A stretch of 58,540 nucleotides of DNA, filler included, from Squatina squatina (taxonomy: Eukaryota), in the NCBI GenBank assembly GCA_031763465.1. It is 4 parts of 4 records of this genome, joined end to end, with 100 filler letters (N's around TTAATTAATTAA, not from the genome) between each part and the next. Parts side by side here need not be neighbours in the genome. Positions count along the whole stretch, not along the records: positions 14,355 to 30,410 come from JARFOE010000120.1; positions 30,511 to 45,669 come from JARFOE010000001.1; 2 more parts are not named here. One strand, given 5' to 3'. The notes beneath the pieces are model-generated. The model made no database searches. It was not told where the DNA came from and saw nothing but the letters and a program-made list of their open reading frames with translations. Shown here piece after piece: positions 25,084 to 35,355 of the stretch; position 1 is the stretch's first letter, and each line of letters starts with the position of its first letter. Both the position numbers and the translations under genes were made by a program.

Positions 25084-25805
25084 TTACCTTACTCTTTCAC
25101 TCTCATACCTCAAAACTGGGATCCTAAACAGACCCATCTTCTCTTTCAGACACCAGCTGACCTGCTGTGCAGTCGCAGCATTTTCTGTTTTTATTTCAGA
25201 CTTTCAGCAATATTTTGTTAATTCGGTAATAGTGTAGTGAATAATGCAAAGGCAAATCCTGGTTTGCTTGATTTATATAATCTGTTCCTTACTAAGCTTC
25301 CTGCTAAATTACATTGATTTCATTAATGTGGTGCTAATTGTATGGTGCTTCTGTTTTTAGTAGGAAAAACCACGGCCATTGGGGAGGTACTGCATGGTGT
25401 GTCAGTAGGAGTGTGTGGAATTCTGTGGTCATGTCACTGGCAGTTTCGAATGGCTAATTATGGAGGATATTGGTGGCCACCTGGGAGGAGACTGTGTACT
25501 CTCAAATTCTGGGTCAGGTATGGGGCTCTCCATGTGAAGAATAGGAGAATTGGGCACACAAAATGAATGGAGAACGTCCCTGAATATATAAACATTAAAA
25601 AAATAATGGGGAACAAAATGGCAGTAGGTTATGTAATGTTTAAGTTTCTGATAATTTGGCATGGTATGATTAACTTGCTATGTAACTGGATTCCCTGCTT
25701 TTTGGGGCATGGGTGACCATAAGGCGTTTCTTCTCAACTGGGGCAAGCGATAATGCCTTGTTACTTAATGGATTTCAGTGTGAGTGATTGTTCCAGTGAT
25801 TACAG

Positions 25806-25987
25806 ATGGCTGTACCACAGCAGGCCGGGATTTCTGGCCTAGATGCCCAGCAGACTCTCCTGGCCACAGTCAGTGGAAATGTACAGAAATATGCAGTCAA
25901 GAAGAAGAAGATCCTCAATGCAGAAGAGCTGGAGCTGTACGAGCTCACACAGGCCGCTGGTATTGTCATGGACCAGGAAGTGTTCAA
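25806..25987 (+). CDS. MZT2: MZT2 (MOZART2, gamma-tubulin ring complex subunit), first coding exon
   Basis: MAVPQQAG...QKYAVKKKKILNAEELELYELTQAAGIVMDQEVFK resembles MZT2 KKVLSTEEMELYELAQAAG..IDPDVFK. Ends TTCAA|gtaagt (phase 2); ATG directly follows tacag. Confidence 0.92.
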
Positions 25988-26232
25988 GTAAGTCCAAAAG
26001 TAGCCATAAAGGTGAGAAATAACCCTGGAAACTTGAAATTAAAAATGAATAATGCTGGAATAGTTTCTTTTTCAGAAGTTGATCAACTACTGTGCATTTC
26101 CAGCATTTTCTGTTTTATTTGAAGTTTGATCAACCTTTCCTACAAGCTTGAATTGAATGTTTTTGGGGAGTCAGGAGGTGAGTTACTCACCGCAGAATAC
26201 CTAGAACTGGCCTGCTCTTGTTGCCACCATAT

Positions 26233-26517
26233 TTACGTGGCTGGTCCAGTTATCTACAAGGCACAAGTCAGGAGTGTGATGGAATACTCTCCACTTGCCT
26301 GGACAAGTGCAGCACCAACAACACTCAAGAAACTCAACACCATCCAGGACAAAACAACCTGCTTGATTGGCACCCCATCCACCACCTTAAGCATTCATTC
26401 CCTCCACCACTGGCACACCATGTCTGCAGTGTGTACCATCTACAAGATGCACTGAGGCAACTCACCAAGGTTTCTTCGACAGCACCTCCCAAATCCCCCA
26501 ACCTCTATCACCTAGAA
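26233..26517 (+). mobile_element. LINE ORF2 C-terminal fragment (CR1/L2-related)
   Basis: IYKAQVRSVMEYSPLAWTSAAPTTLKKLNTIQDK...IHSLHH...AVCTIYKMH, a post-RT region of non-LTR ORF2. Confidence 0.8.
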
Positions 26518-27486
26518 NNNNNNNNNNNNNNNNNNNNNNNNNNNNNNNNNNNNNNNNNNNNNNNNNNNNNNNNNNNNNNNNNNNNNNNNNNNNNNNNNNN
26601 NNNNNNNNNNNNNNNNNNNNNNNNNNNNNNNNNNNNNNNNNNNNNNNNNNNNNNNNNNNNNNNNNNNNNNNNNNNNNNNNNNNNNNNNNNNNNNNNNNNN
26701 NNNNNNNNNNNNNNNNNNNNNNNNNNNNNNNNNNNNNNNNNNNNNNNNNNNNNNNNNNNNNNNNNNNNNNNNNNNNNNNNNNNNNNNNNNNNNNNNNNNN
26801 NNNNNNNNNNNNNNNNNNNNNNNNNNNNNNNNNNNNNNNNNNNNNNNNNNNNNNNNNNNNNNNNNNNNNNNNNNNNNNNNNNNNNNNNNNNNNNNNNNNN
26901 NNNNNNNNNNNNNNNNNNNNNNNNNNNNNNNNNNNNNNNNNNNNNNNNNNNNNNNNNNNNNNNNNNNNNNNNNNNNNNNNNNNNNNNNNNNNNNNNNNNN
27001 NNNNNNNNNNNNNNNNNNNNNNNNNNNNNNNNNNNNNNNNNNNNNNNNNNNNNNNNNNNNNNNNNNNNNNNNNNNNNNNNNNNNNNNNNNNNNNNNNNNN
27101 NNNNNNNNNNNNNNNNNNNNNNNNNNNNNNNNNNNNNNNNNNNNNNNNNNNNNNNNNNNNNNNNNNNNNNNNNNNNNNNNNNNNNNNNNNNNNNNNNNNN
27201 NNNNNNNNNNNNNNNNNNNNNNNNNNNNNNNNNNNNNNNNNNNNNNNNNNNNNNNNNNNNNNNNNNNNNNNNNNNNNNNNNNNNNNNNNNNNNNNNNNNN
27301 NNNNNNNNNNNNNNNNNNNNNNNNNNNNNNNNNNNNNNNNNNNNNNNNNNNNNNNNNNNNNNNNNNNNNNNNNNNNNNNNNNNNNNNNNNNNNNNNNNNN
27401 NNNNNNNNNNNNNNNNNNNNNNNNNNNNNNNNNNNNNNNNNNNNNNNNNNNNNNNNNNNNNNNNNNNNNNNNNNNNNNNNNNNNNN

Positions 27487-27562
27487 ATGATCTCATTGAA
27501 TGGCGGAGCAGGCTCAAAGGGCCGAATGGCCTACTCCTGCTCCTATCTTCTATGTTTCTATG
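27487..27562 (+). mobile_element. CR1/HER1-type LINE 3' tail
   Basis: atgatctcattgaatggcggagcaggctcaaagggccgaatggcctactcctgctcctat; same tail as 33326-33530 and 23728-23810. Confidence 0.85.
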
Positions 27563-28292
27563 ACCTATACTTGGCTTGCCACCTCTTAGAGCAAGTTGAG
27601 CGCAAAATATTGTGCTCCACATGCACTGTGGGGCACGAGTGGGACGGAAGGACTCCGCAAAAGTGCAGCGCTACAAAGTGGGACGCATATCCCCTTCATT
27701 AAAGGGGAGGGCCAAGCTGCTGACTCTACCATCCCTGGACCACCAGGGAGCGGGGTGCCGGGCTGCAAGATCGCGGCACGGACCCTGTGATCCATCAGCA
27801 AGATGGCTGCGACTGGTAAGTTGGCCATTTAAAAAGTGTTGAACTCCCCTTTAATTTTCTCCTGGTGCAGCACAAAGATCTACATTTTTCCCATGAATTT
27901 CGCTTCAAGATTTTAAAAAAATCTCAGACCTTGGTTTGCATTGCTTCATAATTTGTCTATCCTCAATGACACGAGGTTGAGGTTCCTCAGCCTATCTTGC
28001 CAGATCAATGACCTAACCCCCCGCCAAACCATTCTTCTTATCCTTTGAACTATTTGCCATGCCTTTGTCTTTTATATGAGCTTGGCGATCTGGATCATTT
28101 GTTGTGATTTATGTATGTTATCCTGTATGTTTTTCATGATTTTTCCAGTGTCTCATCCTAAGCTTTAGTGTTCAGATTTGTGATACTCCTTCAGATGAGA
28201 CATTATTTAAGCAGGGAATGATTGTTTCTGTTCCCATCATTGTGTTGATGGATCTGATTCCTCTGACGGTGGTCCGGTTTCTCGCCCATCAG

Positions 28293-28441
28293 GATAATCG
28301 TGGATCTGTTGAAGATGAATGTGGCTCCATTGGCAGTTTTCCAGATGCTGAAAGCCATGTGCGCAGGACACCGAATTGCAGAGATTTCCTCAACTGAGAC
28401 ACCGCCCACGACAACACAGAGCAACCTGGCGGACTCCAGAG
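28293..28441 (+). CDS. MZT2: MZT2 second coding exon
   Basis: 149-nt exon, ccatcag|GATAATC...TCCAGAG|gtgaga. Phase-compatible with the previous exon. Encodes (K)IIVDLLKMNVAPLAVFQMLKAMCAGHRIAEISSTETPPTTTQSNLADSR. Not in the ORF track. Confidence 0.95.
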
Positions 28442-30410
28442 GTGAGACACTAACAGCTGACTAGCGGAAGCAATGCCCCAGAGTAATTAGTATTGCATCT
28501 GTAATGAGTACTTTGAGCTTCTAATCTCTCACATCCCGTTAGTCATCCACAGAGGTGCTGTGTGAGTATTTTTAAATATTGGGTTTCTCAAAGATTACCT
28601 ATTTCCCTCCCACAATGCAAAGTGTAGCTCGAGGCCCAACAGATTGAGGCTATTTTCACAGTTGAAATGTTGAATTTAAAACTGGTACAGTGTGACTAGT
28701 CCACTCAGCATCTGAAGAAGGTTTCTAATAGCTTTGCTGTGGTTAACTTAAAGTTCAAATCTTGTGATCAGCACAGTGTCATCTTCATTCTGTACTGTAA
28801 GTAGACCTGGCCCAAATAGTCAAGAGTTTCATTCCCATCACTTGGGCAGCGTTGCCAGGTTTAATTCTGGGGGTGAAAAGTACAACATGTGACTGTTCTC
28901 ATAGCGAGTTCCTGATCTCGGCCATGTGTCAGTAGAAGGATTCTCCCTGAAGGGAGGGAGGGAGGCAAAGTTGAAGTTTGTGTTATCCCAAAACCAACAG
29001 TTGCAGGTTCCACTGGTCAAAATAAAACCGAAGCCTGCGAGTGCATCACCTGCCTTCTGCGCAACCAGGCATGTGAAATAAAATTGAATTTAAAGTAAAA
29101 TAAATGTAAGTAATTATTTTTAAGTTAACTTTTTGGCACTTATCAAAAAGTGAGTGATCTAAATACTGAAGAATGGAACAGTGTCAGTGTACAGCACAAG
29201 TTGGATGTAAACATCTTTTAACTCTGACCAAGATGCCTTAACTTCACCTTCAGAAGAGATCACCCACCCCCTGCCAGCTACACGTGATATTTCTATAGCT
29301 TCCACCAGCTATACTTGTCATTGATCTCTGAAGAAAAATTGAAATAAAATATTATGATTTTGAGGAGAAGGTTAACTTTTCTTTTTCCCTCTTTGCAAGA
29401 TGTTGATTCTTGCAGGAGTAATGTTCATGGGCACCACACACCCTCTGATACCTTACTCAAGTATGCAGACCTAGGGGAGTGCGTGTTGGCAGCTAAGCCT
29501 GACTGTGCCCTTAGCTGATGTTTACCAAACACACAGACACTTTCCAGCAGGGGTGAATTAATGGCAATCAGCAGCAGGAATAATGGCCTTTTCTTTTTCT
29601 CTTTCTCTCTCTTCCCCCCACCCCACCACCCCCCANNNNNNNNNNNNNNNNNNNNNNNNNNNNNNNNNNNNNNNNNNNNNNNNNNNNNNNNNNNNNNNNN
29701 NNNNNNNNNNNNNNNNNNNNNNNNNNNNNNNNNNNCTGTTGCATTTGTAATTTAAAGAGGAAGTCTTTCCATTGGAGTCCCCTTTAAGAAAATCAAACCT
29801 CCTTGTGGATACTTGCTAGTTACCGAGCTTGGCAGTTAACACACACACAAGCTTAAATGCTATTGGTTAATTATTTTACTGGATGTTAATCCTATTCCTT
29901 TGCATCATTTGTCTCTCTGACTGCTCCCTGTCAGTTCCTCTGACTGATGCATATAACTAAAAATCTTCCGAAAAGAAGTCAAAAAGACAAAGTCAAAATA
30001 AGAGGATACATTAAAGTTTTTTCTTAAAGTGGTTTTGATGATGCTCACTCTTTCAAAATGGTCAGCTATGGCTCTAAAGCCCAAAGACTCATTAGAGCCA
30101 CACTGTTTGATAGATCAGTTGAGTTTGTAGCTTTGCACTGGAATAAGCTTCTGTACCTCTCTCCATCCTGTGTTCCTTAATGTGTTTTCATCTCTTTCCT
30201 CTCTGAACTAGAGCATTCGTTTATCTCCGTAAAGAACAGTAAAATCCCAGCACTCTCCTTTTCCTCTGCCCTTCGATCTCCAAGACTAGCCACTAAGATT
30301 GTGGTCTACAACCCTGCTGATGCTTGCTCACCTCTCTCTCAAGGTCCCCCTGGTTCCTTCCAGTTTTCTTGCTGCCTGTTCTCGCCCTTCTCAGGTTGCG
30401 TTTATTAGTT

Positions 30411-30510
30411 NNNNNNNNNNNNNNNNNNNNNNNNNNNNNNNNNNNNNNNNNNNNTTAATTAATTAANNNNNNNNNNNNNNNNNNNNNNNNNNNNNNNNNN
30501 NNNNNNNNNN
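30411..30510. other. Artificial scaffold-joining linker
   Basis: TTAATTAATTAA at 30455-30466 with 44 N on each side. Confidence 0.97.
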
Positions 30511-32623
30511 CAACACCCTCCAGGCCAAGTCCCCGATGGAGCATGGGAGGACTCCAGCGTCGAATCAATAGAGAAGTTAGTTCCTTTCAAGGTGCACGTA
30601 CACTTTGAGACACATTCATTGGTTGTAAAGTGTTTTGGGTCGGTCTTGAGGTCTTGAAAGGTGTTATTTATAAATGCAGGTGTCTCTGTTTATCTATTCT
30701 CAAGATGCTTTAAATATGGCATAATTACATTTTATACCTTTTTGCCATCGCAAATGTAGGAGCAATGGGGTAACTTTTTGCTTATTGTCAGACTTGCTCG
30801 GGAGAAAAGGCCAAACATGAGTGACCCAGCAAGCTGAACAACAGCAGATTCGGAAAAACTTGAGGTTTCGTCAGTTTAAAGTCTCATTTCAATATCTTTC
30901 TGTTCCCAATAAGAATGACGAAACTGTTTACTGCGGATACAGTTGGACGGTGAATTTTGAAGGTTGGACCTGGCTGTTGTGCAGTGAAATACATATTTTG
31001 CTATTATATAGATGACGTGAACCAATCAAGGTTTTTGAGCCTGCCACTTCTCAAAAATTAATCCGAACTCGTGATCACTTATTTTGTCATTCAGTTCAGG
31101 CTTGCAAAAAGCAAGAGTTGTGGGGTTTTGATTTTAATGATAATGGCGGTAGTCGAGTCCATCTGACATGTTCGGTAAAAGTGTCTGAATATTAAGATTC
31201 CCTTTAAAATATGAGTATGGGACGCTCTTGTTATTTAATATAACTTTTTGAAAATTATTATATTGAGTGCGCCGGATTGTTCCTGATGCTGGATAAAAAT
31301 GTGCAAATCCATCCATTTATGTTTTTTCTGAATAAAATGCATTTTTGAATGAAAACGCCGATTCATTTCACATTGGCAGTGTGACACTTTTTTTGCAAAT
31401 CTGTCCATGGACTTTGTTAAAATCTAGTCACTGGTGTAATTATAATGGGAGCTAAATATGCTCGATAATAATGTTTCACGTTGTGCATTAGTCTAAAATT
31501 GCCAGTTGTGTTTTTTTTTGCTTGTACGTGTTGCCATGAGTTTGGAGTGAATACCTCTGTGAAACAAATGTGTTTATTCACAGTTTGCAAGGAGGGTCGA
31601 AATGATGGGCATCTCTGATGAGTAAGTAAATCACACGGCGTCGTTCGGTTGGTGCTGAAACGTCCGAAATACCTTTATGTCGTCGTGTGTTTGTGAAGGG
31701 ATTGCGTGCTTTTGTATGGAAGTATAATTTGCAGTGAGANNNNNNNNNNNNNNNNNNNNNNNNNNNNNNNNNNNNNNNNNNNNNNNNNNNNNNNNNNNNN
31801 NNNNNNNNNNNNNNNNNNNNNNNNNNNNNNNNNNNNNNNGCTCAAAAATTGGCAACAGAAACATGGTGAGCACATTTTCCAGCAGCTACTTAGCCAGTAA
31901 GAATCAGTTGAAACCCTACAATAAGTATCAGTGCAGCAAAATCCCCATGTAAACCATGGCAACAAAGTTTAAGGAAATTCCTGATATTTTCTCAATGCTA
32001 TTCCCCCGCCCCCATCCTGAAGTACGAGGGATATTATTTCTCCGTGTGAGGATGCAGAGAGACAGTCATTGGAGTGCTGCATAAACAGTTACTCAAAATC
32101 CAATCATTTTGTATTTTAAAAAAGGCATTTAATCTGCCTGGCTAGAATTTCTGTACCCTCAGTGTAAGGAAACAGCAAGGGATTGTAATTTCTCTCTGTG
32201 GTTTGGCACACAAAATTATATTGCTTGAAGCAAAAGTCAAGAAACACTGTATGAATTGTGCATTTGAGAACTTTCTGGTATTAGTACAGTTGTAGTCATT
32301 GCTGCTTTATGCATGTATTATTATGAGCAATATTTTAACCCACAACCACAGGATTCCATTGTATTTAATTTATCATTATTCTGCTCAAAAAGATTTCCAG
32401 TTTGGGCATCTATTTATGGATCATTCCTGTCATCCCTCTAACATACAGAGAACAGCCTACTTCTGCTCCTATTTCTTCTGCTCTATTTCTTAATAATCGA
32501 CACTTGGAGTGATTGCATGGCAGGTTGAGGAGTTCAGATGATATTAGAAACCATGAAGTAAGATCAAGAGGTTTATTCTGATCATCTTTGACATTGAATT
32601 ACAACACTGAAATCTTTCCTTGG

Positions 32624-33972
32624 AACATAGTAACAGGAGTAAGCCATTCAGCTCCTCGACTCTGTTCCTGCAGGGCTTGACAGGGTAGATGCAGGGAGGA
32701 TGTTTTCCCCGGCTGGGGGGTCGAGAACCAGGGGCCGGGGTCTCAGAATAAGGGATTGGCTATTTAGGACTGAGATGAGAAGAAATTTCTTCACTCAGAG
32801 GGTGGTGAATCTTTGGAATTCTCAACCATGGAGGGCTGTGGAGGCTCAGTCATTGAGCATATTCAAGACAGAGATCGATAGATGTTATGTATTAGGAATA
32901 AGGTTTTGAGTTTGCTTTGTACAAACTACAGTCGCTCCATTGTGGGAGTATAAAATCATGTGATCTTTGCAAACCCGTCTCTCTTTCTCCAGTGACTCCT
33001 CGTGCTCACCAAAGTTCAGATGACCTGGGAGTTCCTGCCTGGAGCTCAGAGCAGGGCTAGTTGATGTGAAACCAAGTGTATAGTTCCCAGCTTAGATCCA
33101 GCCTTAGTCTAGTGCTGGAGAGTTGTTACTTAATACAGATAGTTGTTTTAAGTGCTGTGTCGCCTCAGTTATTTCCAGCTCCACCCAAGAAACCCATGCA
33201 CCACGCTTAGAAGGAACCCACGAAGTCTCACGCAAAGACTCGGCCACCCAAGGTCAATACATAAAAATATTATCAAGGGGATATGGGGATAGTGCAGGAA
33301 AATGGTGTTGAGGTAGAAGATCAGCCATGATCTTGTTGAATGGTGGAGCAGGCTNNNNNNNNNNNNNNNNNNNNNNNNNNNNNNNNNNNNNNNNNNNNNN
33401 NNNNNNNNNNNNNNNNNNNNNNNNNNNNNNNNNNNNNNNNNNNNNNNNNNNNNNCATGATCTTGTTGAATGGTGGAGCAGGCTCGAGGGGCCGAATGGCC
33501 TACTCCTGCTCTTCGTTCTTATGTTCTTATGTAATGCCATTTTATTGGAGCATAGCTGATCTGTACCTCAGCTCCATTCACCCACCTTTGATACATAGCC
33601 CTTAATACCCTAACCTATAAAAACCTGTCGATCTCAGTCTTGAAAATGTCAGTTGACTCCGCATCCACAGCCTTTGGAGGAGAGAGTTCCAGATTTCTAC
33701 GACCGTTTGTGTAAAAAAAGTGCTTCCTGATTTCACTCCTGCATGGTCCAGCTCTGATTTTAAGATCAAGTCCCCTTGTTCAGGATTCCCCCACCAGAGG
33801 AAAGAATTTCTCTGTGTCTACCCAATCGAATCGCTAAATTATTTTAAACACCTCGACTGGCTAGCCCCTCAAAGCTTTAAACTTGAGGAATACAAATCAA
33901 GTTCATGCAACCCTTTAAGTCCTGGTATTATTCTGGTGAATCTGCGCTGTACCCTCTCCAAGGCCAGTACCT
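32624..33972. mobile_element. Cluster of CR1/HER1-type LINE 3' fragments in both orientations
   Basis: + strand 32670-32885 (FRTEMRRNFFTQRVVNLWNS...FKTEIDR); + strand tail 33273-33530; - strand fragment about 33550-33972; unique sequence interspersed. Confidence 0.8.
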
Positions 33973-35121
33973 AATTTTAGCTGTGCCGTGCCCATAACGG
34001 AAAGCAGTGCTCCAGTATCTGTTGTGTCTCAGAACATGTAAGATTTTGTTTGGGGCAGTTTTATGCAGTTTGGACTCTTTGTTTTTGTGCCTGCAGCAGT
34101 CACGAATGTTCCATGTGATGATGCATGATGATGTTTACACTGGAGGTTTAAGGGCGCTGGTGTGGTTGCTGCAAATTCATCAGCCAGAGTTTCTTGATTA
34201 TTCAGCTTTGACAACACTCCTGCTGTTGACTGAATCTTGTACCTGATTGCAGCTTCCTGCCTCCGCCGTGCATTCTTTTGCTCATACTTGACTTGTTTTA
34301 CCATCGTGCCGAGTGGCAAATAAAACAATTTGTGACGAGATGCGCCACTGTGCAGCGTATCCTTCAGGCAGACCAGCTGTAAAGTAAGAGATTGAAAAAG
34401 AAAGGAAGGCAGAAAAGCTTAAGACGAGAGAGTAGGGACAAAGAACATTGAATGTCACCTTTACACTGCAGTATCCGCTCCATTTTCAAAACAAAGCCAG
34501 AGGAAACCATGGTATTGCAGCTTAATCGCATCTTTGTGAAGTTGAGTGGCGCTCTGCTTTCCCCCTTGCTCACTGGCTTCCCAGTGAGATTTCTTTTCAT
34601 TGGAAATAATTGATAAGATAACAAAGTGTGGTAACAAGAATTTGTTTTTAAACGTTTATCTTTTTGATGGGGCTTCGTGCTGTTTCTTTAATAATGCCGC
34701 TGCTGCCCTTTCTTATCAGTGTGGGCCTCCACTTCTGCTGGATTGCTGATTGGCCGCAATAGCTTTCTCCTGTAGTTACTTCAGGTGATGCAAATTGGTC
34801 ATTCAAATGAGAATTGAAAATAAAAGCAGCGACTAACGGCAGCAGTAACAGCACAGTGAACACAGATTGAATCACGAACTGGTTGGCCCCTGTGACTTGC
34901 AGATTTTTGTGCTATTGGTTTGAGGCATGCAGTTTAAATGTGTGGCTGGGCTGCAATGGAAATTTTCACTCCTTGGATTTGCCCAATGCTGACAGTTTCG
35001 GGTTGCTTGGAAATTTAATGTTCAGTTTGTATTGTGCAAACATTTTCACTCAACTGAAATCAGTCCTCAGCATTTTATTTTGTTACCGTTCAGCTCCAGA
35101 AATAACTGCAGTGGGGTGAGT

Positions 35122-35355
35122 AAAAGCAGACAATACTGTAAACGCTCAGCCGGTCGTGGAGATGGGGAAGTAGGGTTAACATTGCAGGTCTCGTGACCCT
35201 TTACCTGAACCAATTCTGAGGATGAAGGATCGACTCGCAACACCTTGAACGCCAGCCTTACCTCCTACTCTCGGCAGCTGCTGCTTGACCAGCTGATTGC
35301 AGCATTTTCTATTTTTATTTAATATTTCCAGCATCTGCAGTATTTTGCTTTCGCA
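35122..35355. mobile_element. Penelope-associated terminal repeat fragment; similar pieces at 25130-25225, 26040-26125 and 47391-47500
   Basis: Recurrent ...gctgc(c/t)tgacc(t/a)gctga...cagcattttct.tttttattt.a.atttccagcatctgcagt motif; assignment to Penelope is from recall. Confidence 0.55.

Noticed and set aside
26218-27702. Long ORFs of 494, 386 and 212 aa (also 8385-9023) in the ORF track
   Set aside because: They read through N gaps; the real bases are LINE fragments or non-coding.
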